Shown piece after piece: positions 1 to 7,172 of a DNA stretch of 64,000 bases (positions within the stretch are counted from its first letter, which is position 1; each line of letters begins with the position of its first letter). Source of the DNA: Verrucomicrobiota bacterium (GTDB lineage: Bacteria; Verrucomicrobiota; Verrucomicrobiia; Chthoniobacterales; UBA10450); contig QHPP01000111.1 in the NCBI GenBank assembly GCA_003219125.1, positions 931 through 64,930 of the forward strand. Direction: 5' to 3'. The notes under the pieces are model-generated. The model made no database searches and was not told the DNA's origin. It saw only the letters and a list, made by a program, of their open reading frames with translations. The position numbers and the translations under genes were made by a program.

Positions 1-1
1 C

Positions 2-763
2 GAGAGTCAGCTCTTTGGTCACGAAAAAGGCGCGTTCACTGGGGCGCAACAAGCGGTAAAAGGAAAATTTGAACTCGCGAACGCCGGGACAATTTTTCTT
101 GATGAGATCTCGGACATGAGTCCGCTGGCGCAGGTAAAGATTTTGCGCGTGCTCGAGTATGGTGAGTTCGAGCGGCTCGGTTCTGAACGGATGTTAAAAA
201 CAGATGCGCGGATCATTTGCGCGACCAACGTTTCGCTGCGCGATCGGGTGCGTCAGGGAAAATTCCGCGAGGACCTCTATCATCGCTTGAACGGCCTTAC
301 CATTTTGATTCCAGCGTTACGTGATCGGCGGGAAGAGTTGCCCGGATTGATCGCGAACGAGCTAAAAGTGTCAGCGCTGAGGCTGGGAAAACAGATCACC
401 GCGATTCATCCGGCCGCGATGGATCGTTTGTTGATGCACGAATGGCGCGGAAATTTACGCGAACTCAATCACACCGTGCGAACGATGACCTTGTTTTGCG
501 ACGGTGATGTCATCATGCCCGAGCATGTTCATTTTCCGCCCGACCTCGAGCCGTTGCAAACATCTGCGAATTCGTCGGAGAAAAGTGCGAACCATGCGCA
601 GCCTGATAACGACGGTGGCGATCTCTCACTGGCAAGCGCAGTCAAGCGCCACGTGCACTTTGTCTATAAAGAGGCGAACCGAAATCAACGGCGCGCGGCA
701 AAGCTTCTCGGCATCTCGCGAGCCACCCTGAGCCGGCATTTACGCGAATTGGATCATAAGTGA
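2..763 (+). CDS. sigma-54-dependent transcriptional activator (NtrC-family enhancer-binding protein), 5' end cut by the window edge
   Basis: The frame is open from nt 2. ESQLFGHEKGAFTGA carries the GAFTGA sigma-54 contact loop. GTIFLDEI is a Walker B, followed by RIICATN and FREDLYHRL. The C-terminus has a Fis-type HTH, AAKLLGISRATLSRHLREL. Confidence 0.9.
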   Translation, partial: ESQLFGHEKGAFTGAQQAVKGKFELANAGTIFLDEISDMSPLAQVKILRVLEYGEFERLGSERMLKTDARIICATNVSLRDRVRQGKFREDLYHRLNGLTILIPALRDRREELPGLIANELKVSALRLGKQITAIHPAAMDRLLMHEWRGNLRELNHTVRTMTLFCDGDVIMPEHVHFPPDLEPLQTSANSSEKSANHAQPDNDGGDLSLASAVKRHVHFVYKEANRNQRRAAKLLGISRATLSRHLRELDHK

Positions 764-971
764 TCCGACTGTGATCAAAACGATACCAGATGGCCTCGAT
801 TCTGAACCATCTTCGAAGCTCATCAAAATGGGCTGGGCAGAATTTTGGTGGGCGTGATTAGAAATATAAGCGACTGTGGAATGGGTCATTAGATATTAAT
901 TAAAAACTGCGAATTGCGGAAAAAATCGGGTCCAAAAACCTCATGGCACGGATGGTGGTAGTAAGGCACGC

Positions 972-1148
972 GTGAGTTCGTCGAAGGAAAAAAAGGACGC
1001 AGATTCTGGGGAGCGTGGAGCTCAACGGCAGAAGCGTTCGAAAGATAAGCTGATCCGTTTGGACGACCTGATCCCAGACGAGAAGGTCGTGGGCGGGGGC
1101 AAATATTTCGGCGCGACTGACACAACCCAAAACCAAAAAAACAACTAA
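972..1148 (+). CDS. small hydrophilic ORF P1 (58 aa, GTG start) with a LDDLIPDEKVVGGG motif
   Basis: GTG is the only in-frame start after the TAA at 897. Translation is VSSSKEKKDADSGERGAQRQKRSKDKLIRLDDLIPDEKVVGGGKYFGATDTTQNQKNN. It shares the DL-x-P...GG motif with the two ORFs downstream. The start codon and expression are uncertain. Confidence 0.3.
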   Translation: MSSSKEKKDADSGERGAQRQKRSKDKLIRLDDLIPDEKVVGGGKYFGATDTTQNQKNN

Positions 1149-1164
1149 CAAACTGAAAGGTAAT

Positions 1165-1293
1165 ATGAGCGAAGAAAACAAAGAAAAGAAAGATAAGGGC
1201 GAAGTACGTGACCTCGAGCCCAAGAAAGATGCCAAGGGCGGCTACCGTGCTCCGCAGAAAGGCGTGCAAGGCACCCAAAAAGCCAACCAGTAA
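1165..1293 (+). CDS. small hydrophilic ORF P2 (42 aa) with a RDLEPKKDAKGG motif
   Basis: ATG is preceded by GAAAGG at 1155-1160. Translation is MSEENKEKKDKGEVRDLEPKKDAKGGYRAPQKGVQGTQKANQ. It is paralogous to P3 and is followed by a conserved stem-loop. Confidence 0.5.
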   Translation: MSEENKEKKDKGEVRDLEPKKDAKGGYRAPQKGVQGTQKANQ

Positions 1294-1304
1294 CGCTCGC
1301 CAGC

Positions 1305-1335
1305 GCCGCACGGCGGTCCAAATCCGCTGTGCGGC
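1305..1335 (+). other. conserved stem-loop downstream of P2 (copy 1)
   Basis: GCCGCACGGCGG / tccaaat / CCGCTGTGCGGC forms a 12 bp stem with one G-U pair. No U-tract follows. A near-identical element follows P3. Confidence 0.5.
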
Positions 1336-1368
1336 CTGGCTACAAAACCAAAAGGAAACCCAATCAAA

Positions 1369-1479
1369 ATGAGCGAAACACAAAATCCTGACCCGAATAA
1401 GAAAGACATCCCTGATTTGACGCCGGACAAAGACGCCAAAGGCGGCAGCGGCCCGCCTATGCATCGCAAGGAGCAGTAA
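1369..1479 (+). CDS. small hydrophilic ORF P3 (36 aa) with a PDLTPDKDAKGG motif
   Basis: Translation is MSETQNPDPNKKDIPDLTPDKDAKGGSGPPMHRKEQ. It starts MSE like P2 and has the same DL-x-P-x-KDAKGG block. ORF plus stem-loop repeats with a 204 nt period relative to P2. Confidence 0.5.
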   Translation: MSETQNPDPNKKDIPDLTPDKDAKGGSGPPMHRKEQ

Positions 1480-1481
1480 TC

Positions 1482-1529
1482 CTCGCCAGCCCCGCACGGC
1501 GGTTTCAATCTGCTGTGCGGCAAGGCGAG
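1482..1529 (+). other. conserved stem-loop downstream of P3 (copy 2, with an extended outer stem)
   Basis: Outer stem CTCGCC (1482-1487) pairs with GGCGAG (1524-1529). Inner stem CCGCACGGCGG (1492-1502) pairs with CTGCTGTGCGG (1510-1520) using G-U pairs. There is no U-tract. Confidence 0.5.
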
Positions 1530-2343
1530 CGGCCAAGCGGATAAAGCGGATATTAAGGAAAATCGACAAGAAATTTTCTGACCTCGGTCACGTAGAAGCT
1601 TTCCGCAGCAGGAAGTAGTAGCCATGCCCTGAGCCGCGCGACGTGTGTCGATCCCGCAACGCGGCTCAATCTTTTCCACACTAATATGAGCAATCTGTTT
1701 CTGCGTCGTCACGATCCGCCAGCGGCAAAACGGCATACCAACGATCGAGCGCAACTGGCACGGCCGTAATTCAGAACAGCGACGTTTTCTAAATCTGGGC
1801 GGAGGGACGAATGGGTGGATCTATTTGCTCTCGATTCGCCGTACTTTTTTCTGAGCGCGAGGGGCATGATTTCATCGGTTACATTGAAAGTTCAGATACT
1901 AGTTTTTTGTTTTGACCGCCCCGGGGCCGCTCATTTTCGTGCTTCTGCTAATATTTTGGGTCGCGACGATTTTGCATCAGTCGGCTTGGCCATGGCTTCC
2001 CGGCAAATGGGAAAAAACGCAAAGTTTTATCCCTGGCCAATTGTGGCATGGGCGCCGCTGTGGGTGTTGAAGTGATCCACGATTTTGTTGGTGAATTGCC
2101 TTTGGGAGGAGGTAGCGGCACGATGCCAGCGCAACGAATTGGCGTCGGCGCAGTTTAATACAAACGAGGTGGTAGGCCTGCTAGACTGTTCTTTTCAGAC
2201 AACCTAAAAAGCCTAAAAATAAGAGCGAAAACTTATTGACGAGAAATCGTTAAAGTTGTAGCTCTAGTAAGCGTGGAAATTATAGCGCGTCCGCGTGGGA
2301 GAGTGACCGCGACCTTTAGTGTGGGGAAGGTTCTGGCTAAGAA

Positions 2344-3279
2344 ATGACGCCAGCAACCACGGGCGGCAGCGTGTCTCGATCCCTCGGATTATTAGGGCAA
2401 GAAAAACCGGAACAAATCATGGAAGGTAGAATGAGCGAAGTGCAAAAAGCGAATCGTGAACCGCGTGTCAATCGCGTTGCGTCCGGAGATGGAGAGGAGG
2501 CCCCTGAGGTCACTCGTCTTCTCCATCAACTCGTTACCGAAGTGGCAAGAGTCCATCGCGGCGATTCCGACACGGCGTTTCCTTCGAACCCGTGCTCGCG
2601 CGAGGAACTCGCAGCCGCCTTGCCCAAATGGAAAAGATTTATCGACCTGGCCGCAGTCACGCTCCTATTCCCAGTCTGGTTGCCGGTAATGACGTTGGTC
2701 GCACTGTGGGTCGCAGTCACTTCGCCCGGGCCCATTTTTTACCGACAGCCGCGGATCGGATTCAAGGGTCGCCGTTTCATGCTCGTAAAATTTCGCACCA
2801 TGAAGGTGAATGCGGAGACTCATATTCATGAGGCATACCTTGAGCATTTGATTATTAGCGATCGTCCGATGATCAAACTGGACGCAACCGGAGATCCCCG
2901 TCTCATCCTTGGCGGGAAGTTCTTAAGAGCAACTGGTCTCGATGAGTTGCCGCAAATCTTCAATGTGCTGAAGGGAGAAATGAGTCTGGTCGGACCGCGA
3001 CCTTGCACCGTTGGTGAATTTGAGCGTTATGCGCCTGAACAACGCGCGCGCGTAAATGCTTTGCCCGGCCTCACCGGGCTGTGGCAGGTCAACGGTAAAA
3101 ACCGGACAACATTCCGCCAAATGATCGAGATGGATATCTTTTACTCGCGCAACATTTCTCTTTCATTAGATATGAAGATCATTCTCCGAACTGTGCCTGC
3201 GATCGTCAGCCAGTTTTTCGACTCTGTGCAACCATTGCCACGTTCTGGTGCTCAACCCACCCCGCCAGTAAAGACTTAA
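2344..3279 (+). CDS. polyprenyl-phosphate sugar-1-phosphate transferase (bacterial sugar transferase family, EPS initiating enzyme)
   Basis: One TM segment (AAVTLLFPVWLPVMTLVALWVAV) is followed by SPGPIFYRQPRIGFKGRRFMLVKFRTM, DELPQIFNVLKGEMSLVGPRP and LPGLTGLWQV. An alternative start at 2431 (GGAAGG-taga-ATG) is possible. Confidence 0.9.
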   Translation: MTPATTGGSVSRSLGLLGQEKPEQIMEGRMSEVQKANREPRVNRVASGDGEEAPEVTRLLHQLVTEVARVHRGDSDTAFPSNPCSREELAAALPKWKRFIDLAAVTLLFPVWLPVMTLVALWVAVTSPGPIFYRQPRIGFKGRRFMLVKFRTMKVNAETHIHEAYLEHLIISDRPMIKLDATGDPRLILGGKFLRATGLDELPQIFNVLKGEMSLVGPRPCTVGEFERYAPEQRARVNALPGLTGLWQVNGKNRTTFRQMIEMDIFYSRNISLSLDMKIILRTVPAIVSQFFDSVQPLPRSGAQPTPPVKT

Positions 3280-3289
3280 GCGGCCGAAA

Positions 3290-4387
3290 ATGTCATCACC
3301 CATTAATGTTGGGGTAATCGGGTGCGGTTACTGGGGCCCGAACCTCGTCCGGAATTTCAAGGCGCTCACCAGTTGCCGTCTCAAGGCAATTTGTGACGTC
3401 AACGAGAGTCGTTTGCGTCATTTAGGCACCCTTTACTCCGACATCGACGCACACACCGACGCCGCTACCTTAATCAAAGATCCCGAGGTCCATGCCCTCG
3501 CCATCGCCACGCCGGTCGCCTATCATTACAAACTCGCCAAAGCGAGCTTGCTCGCTGGCAAACATACGCTGGTGGAGAAGCCCCTGGCTGCATCTTCGGC
3601 GGAGTGCGAGGAATTAATCGAAATCGCCGACGAAAAAGGTGTTGTGCTGATGAGTGGCCACACTTTTCTCTACTCTTCTTCCGTCCGGAAAATCTGCGAC
3701 ATCATCAACGCCGGTGATATTGGCGACATTCGCTACATCAATTCGCGCCGCCTCAACCTGGGATTATTTCAGAAGGACATCAACGTCGTTTGGGATCTGG
3801 CACCGCACGATATTTCCATCATCCTGCACATTCTTGGCGAATTGCCACTGACAGTGAACTGCCAGGGCAACGCGCACGTGACGTCAGGGGTTGAAGACGT
3901 CACGAATCTTTCGCTTTCCTTCCGTAACAAGAAATTCGCGACCATCCAAAGTAGTTGGCTGGAGCCGCGGAAGGTCCGGGAAATGACCATCGTCGGGACG
4001 CGGCGGATGATCGTCTATGATGATCTGCAACCGTTGGAAAAAATTCGAATTTACGATGTGCGAGTCGATCGCCCCCCGCATTACGATACCTTTGCCGAGT
4101 TTCATTACTCCTATCATTACGGGGACAGCTATATTCCCCATATTCAGCAAGAGGAACCGCTGAAGGTAGAGTGCCAGCATTTTATCGATTGCATCGAAAG
4201 CGGAATGGAGCCGACGACCAGCGGCCGTTCCGGCTTGGAACTGGTCACTATTCTGGAAGCGGCAACTGCTTCGCTCAAAGCAAACGGCGCCCCGCTGAAT
4301 TTCCTTCGCAAACGCGATGATGGCGTCGTGCCGCCGCGCCAGAAGCAAAGTCGCGGTGCCGTTCAGGTCGGACCTCTGGCCGTATGA
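3290..4387 (+). CDS. Gfo/Idh/MocA-family NAD-dependent oxidoreductase, WbpB-like (cassette 1)
   Basis: Has the N-terminal Rossmann motif INVGVIGCGYWGPNLVRNF and EKPLA. It sits in the order oxidoreductase, acetyltransferase, aminotransferase. Confidence 0.85.
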   Translation: MSSPINVGVIGCGYWGPNLVRNFKALTSCRLKAICDVNESRLRHLGTLYSDIDAHTDAATLIKDPEVHALAIATPVAYHYKLAKASLLAGKHTLVEKPLAASSAECEELIEIADEKGVVLMSGHTFLYSSSVRKICDIINAGDIGDIRYINSRRLNLGLFQKDINVVWDLAPHDISIILHILGELPLTVNCQGNAHVTSGVEDVTNLSLSFRNKKFATIQSSWLEPRKVREMTIVGTRRMIVYDDLQPLEKIRIYDVRVDRPPHYDTFAEFHYSYHYGDSYIPHIQQEEPLKVECQHFIDCIESGMEPTTSGRSGLELVTILEAATASLKANGAPLNFLRKRDDGVVPPRQKQSRGAVQVGPLAV

Positions 4388-4905
4388 GCGACGCCCGTGG
4401 GGCAAACCAACTAATCGCGCCAGACGTAAAGCTAGGGCGCGACGTGCGCATCTTTGGTTTCGTTAATCTCTACGGCTGCGAGATTGGCGACGAGACCAAG
4501 ATTGGATCGTTTGTAGAGATCCAAAAAAACGCCAGAATCGGCGCGCGCTGCAAGATTTCCAGTCACACTTTTATTTGTGAAGGCGTGACCTTGGAAGACA
4601 ATGTCTTTATCGGGCATGGCGTCACATTCATCAACGATCGCTATCCGCGCGCAACCAACGGCAACGGCGAGTTGAAGACCGAAGATGACTGGAGTTGCGA
4701 AATCACTCTTATCAAACGCGGGGCCTCGATCGGTTCGGGCGTGACTTTGCTTGGCGGCATCACGGTTGGTGAAAATGCAATCGTCGGCGCCGGTAGTGTT
4801 GTCATCGCCGATGTGCCCGCCAATACAACTGTCGCCGGAAACCCCGCCCGCCTGCTCAAGAATCGTTTTCCCTCTACCGATGAAAGTCCCATTCTTAGAT
4901 CTTAA
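4384..4905 (+). CDS. left-handed beta-helix (hexapeptide) N-acetyltransferase, WbpD-like (cassette 1)
   Basis: ATGA overlap with the upstream gene. Hexapeptide repeats are visible (IGDETKIGSFVEI, IGARCKISSHTFI, IGSGVTLLGGITVGENAIVGAGSVV) with a C-terminal AGNPAR. Confidence 0.85.
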   Translation: MSDARGANQLIAPDVKLGRDVRIFGFVNLYGCEIGDETKIGSFVEIQKNARIGARCKISSHTFICEGVTLEDNVFIGHGVTFINDRYPRATNGNGELKTEDDWSCEITLIKRGASIGSGVTLLGGITVGENAIVGAGSVVIADVPANTTVAGNPARLLKNRFPSTDESPILRS

Positions 4906-5998
4906 AGCCCATCACGCTCCTTTACGGGGCCATTTTAAAACCGCTATCGCCGAAGTGATTGATAGCGGCATTTTCGCTGGCGGCCCTGCGGTCGCAGATT
5001 TTGAGGATGCATTCGCTGCCTTTTGCAAATGCGACTATGCGGTTGGTTTAGGTAGCGGAACCGAAGCGGTTTGGCTGGCGTTGCTGGCCTGTGGCGTCGG
5101 CCCGGGCGATGAAGTGATCACGGTGCCGAGCACTTTCATGGCAACGGCCGAGGCCATTACTTATTGCGGCGCCAAGCCCGTCTTCGTGGATGTTGACGAA
5201 CACACCTACACAATGGCTCCCGATGCATTGGCCAACGCCCTAACGAGTCGTACGAAAGCTATCGTTCCGGTTCATCTCTTTGGCCAAACTGCCGACATGG
5301 ATCCGATTCTAAAGTTTGCCCGCCAGCATGGCCTGGTCGTGATCGAAGATTCCGCCCAGGCACATGGTGCCGAATACAAAAATCGACGGGCTGGGTCGAT
5401 GAGCGAAATCGGCTGCTTTAGTTTTTATCCTGGGAAAAACCTTGGCGCTCTTGGTGAAGCAGGGGCCATTGTCACAAATAGCCTTGAACTGGCGGACAAG
5501 ATTCGCGTGCTGCGCGACCACGGGCAAGCGCGGAAATATCATCATACCGTGATTGGCTGGAATTGCCGGATGGATGCGATTCAGGGTGCATGCCTCGCGA
5601 TCAAATTGCGACATCTTGACCGCGGCAACGATCTGCGCCGAACGCATGCGGCCAGATACAGCGCGGCATTTAAAGAGGTCGAAGAAGTCATTTCTCCGCT
5701 AGAAGCCGAATACGCTCGCCATGTCTACCACATCTACGCCATTCGTGTGCAGGACCGCGACGAAGTGATGCGGCGGTTGGAAGGAAAAGGGATCGGCTGC
5801 GGCGTGCACTACCCGGTTCCGGTGCATCTTCAGCAGGCTTATGTCACCCTTGGTCATCAGCGTGGCGCGTTCCCGGTCTCGGAACAGATCGCGAACGAGT
5901 TTCTCTCCTTGCCAATGTTTCCCGAGCTAACCGAGGCACAAATCGATTTTGTCATTGAAACCGTTACAGAAACGGTTAGTGCGGGAGTAATAGCCTGA
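4880..5998 (+). CDS. DegT/DnrJ/EryC1/StrS-family PLP aminotransferase, WbpE-like (cassette 1)
   Basis: I placed the start at MKVPFLDLKAHH (a family-typical N-terminus) rather than the ORF-track start at 4751. FSFYPGKNLGALGEAGAI contains the PLP lysine region. Confidence 0.85.
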   Translation: MKVPFLDLKAHHAPLRGHFKTAIAEVIDSGIFAGGPAVADFEDAFAAFCKCDYAVGLGSGTEAVWLALLACGVGPGDEVITVPSTFMATAEAITYCGAKPVFVDVDEHTYTMAPDALANALTSRTKAIVPVHLFGQTADMDPILKFARQHGLVVIEDSAQAHGAEYKNRRAGSMSEIGCFSFYPGKNLGALGEAGAIVTNSLELADKIRVLRDHGQARKYHHTVIGWNCRMDAIQGACLAIKLRHLDRGNDLRRTHAARYSAAFKEVEEVISPLEAEYARHVYHIYAIRVQDRDEVMRRLEGKGIGCGVHYPVPVHLQQAYVTLGHQRGAFPVSEQIANEFLSLPMFPELTEAQIDFVIETVTETVSAGVIA

Positions 5999-6057
5999 AA
6001 GCGGTCAGGCAAATAGCAGAGCAGGCAACGGCCGCGGCGTCGCTTCCGGTCACGCCA

Positions 6058-7152
6058 TTGCTGCGATCTTTGCCCCGGCTAGGAGAGGAGAAGCAGGCGC
6101 ACTCCGGTGGACTGTCATTAAATGCGATCCTGGTGAACCCTTTGGTGGATAACGAGTGGGACGAAGCAATCAAGCTGCATCCCGATGCCACCATCTTTCA
6201 TTCAACGGCTTGGGCTCGTGTGTTGGTTGATACCTACGGTCATCATCCGTGTTACGCCCAAATGTCGTTGAATGGTAGCCTGCTTGCGCTGGTTCCAATG
6301 ATGGAAGTCCAGAGCGTGCTGACGAGATCCCGTGGTGTTTGCCTGCCATTTAGCGACTACTGTGCTCCGCTTACTTTTAGTAGTTTTGGGCACGAGTTTG
6401 TGACGCAAAAGTTGCAGCAGATCGCGCGTGAGCGAGGCTGGAGCTACTTCGAGCTACGAAGCCATTCGATCATTCCCGTCGATATACCAGCTTCGGAGTC
6501 TTATTACGGCCACTTTCTTGATTTGAGAATCGGCTCGGAGGCGCTCATTTCGAATTTTTCGAGCTCGGTTCAGCGAGCGGTCCGCAAAGCGCAGCGCAGT
6601 GGACTGAGTGTAAGCATTCAATCTAGCGCAGACGCGATGGCTAAGTTTTACAAGCTGCATGTCCGGACCCGCCGCCGCCACGGAGCGCCGCCGCAGCCGC
6701 AATCTTTTTTTATAAACATTCAACGACACCTAATTAGCTCCGGTTTAGGGTTTATTGTTCTCGTCGAATGTCAAAAAAACCCTATCGCGGCCGCCATGTT
6801 TTTTAAGCTGGGGCGTCATGCGGTCTATAAATTTGGTGCTTCCGAAGAAAGGTTGCAGGAGCTTCGCCCCAATAACCTCGCCATGTTTGAAGCAATAAGG
6901 TATTTGGCCGAGGGAGGCGCTGAGGCGTTGCACTTCGGAAGGACCGACGCAGAAAATCAAGGCCTGCGGCGCTTCAAACTTTCGTGGGGTGCGACCGAAG
7001 AAGAAATAGGCTACGTTCGCTTTGATACGGCGAGCGCCTCTTGGAAACATTCGCGCGGCCGCGGCTCCACATTTCACAAACGCATTTTTCGCGCATTACC
7101 GGCCTCGCTTAATAGGCTGGCTGGTGCTATGATATATCCGCATCTCGACTGA
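6058..7152 (+). CDS. FemAB-like (GNAT-fold) acyltransferase of the kind associated with PEP-CTERM/EPS loci
   Basis: EWDEAIKLHPDATIFHSTAWARVLVDTYGHHP, LVPMMEV, YKFGASEE and LHFGRTD match the FemAB-related pattern. The TTG start is uncertain. Confidence 0.7.
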   Translation: MLRSLPRLGEEKQAHSGGLSLNAILVNPLVDNEWDEAIKLHPDATIFHSTAWARVLVDTYGHHPCYAQMSLNGSLLALVPMMEVQSVLTRSRGVCLPFSDYCAPLTFSSFGHEFVTQKLQQIARERGWSYFELRSHSIIPVDIPASESYYGHFLDLRIGSEALISNFSSSVQRAVRKAQRSGLSVSIQSSADAMAKFYKLHVRTRRRHGAPPQPQSFFINIQRHLISSGLGFIVLVECQKNPIAAAMFFKLGRHAVYKFGASEERLQELRPNNLAMFEAIRYLAEGGAEALHFGRTDAENQGLRRFKLSWGATEEEIGYVRFDTASASWKHSRGRGSTFHKRIFRALPASLNRLAGAMIYPHLD

Positions 7153-7172
7153 TGCACTTCCTCCCTTAATAT

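Noticed and set aside
944-959. Sigma-54-like site TGGCAC-ggatg-GTGGT just upstream of small ORF P1
   Set aside because: The -24 element is perfect, but the -12 element has GG instead of the essential GC. This is too weak to call without transcription-start data.
889-1754. Long minus-strand ORFs of 226 aa, 111 aa and 170 aa covering the gap after the sigma-54 activator gene
   Set aside because: Their translations are low-complexity (runs of F/L/R/A/C) with no recognisable motif. They are antisense to three motif-sharing small + strand ORFs and run straight through the conserved hairpins. I consider them frame artefacts.
4751-4879. ORF-track N-terminal extension of the first DegT-family aminotransferase
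   Set aside because: The extension is the out-of-frame shadow of the acetyltransferase C-terminus. The family-typical N-terminus MKVPFLDL starts at 4880, and paralog 15093 begins the same way.
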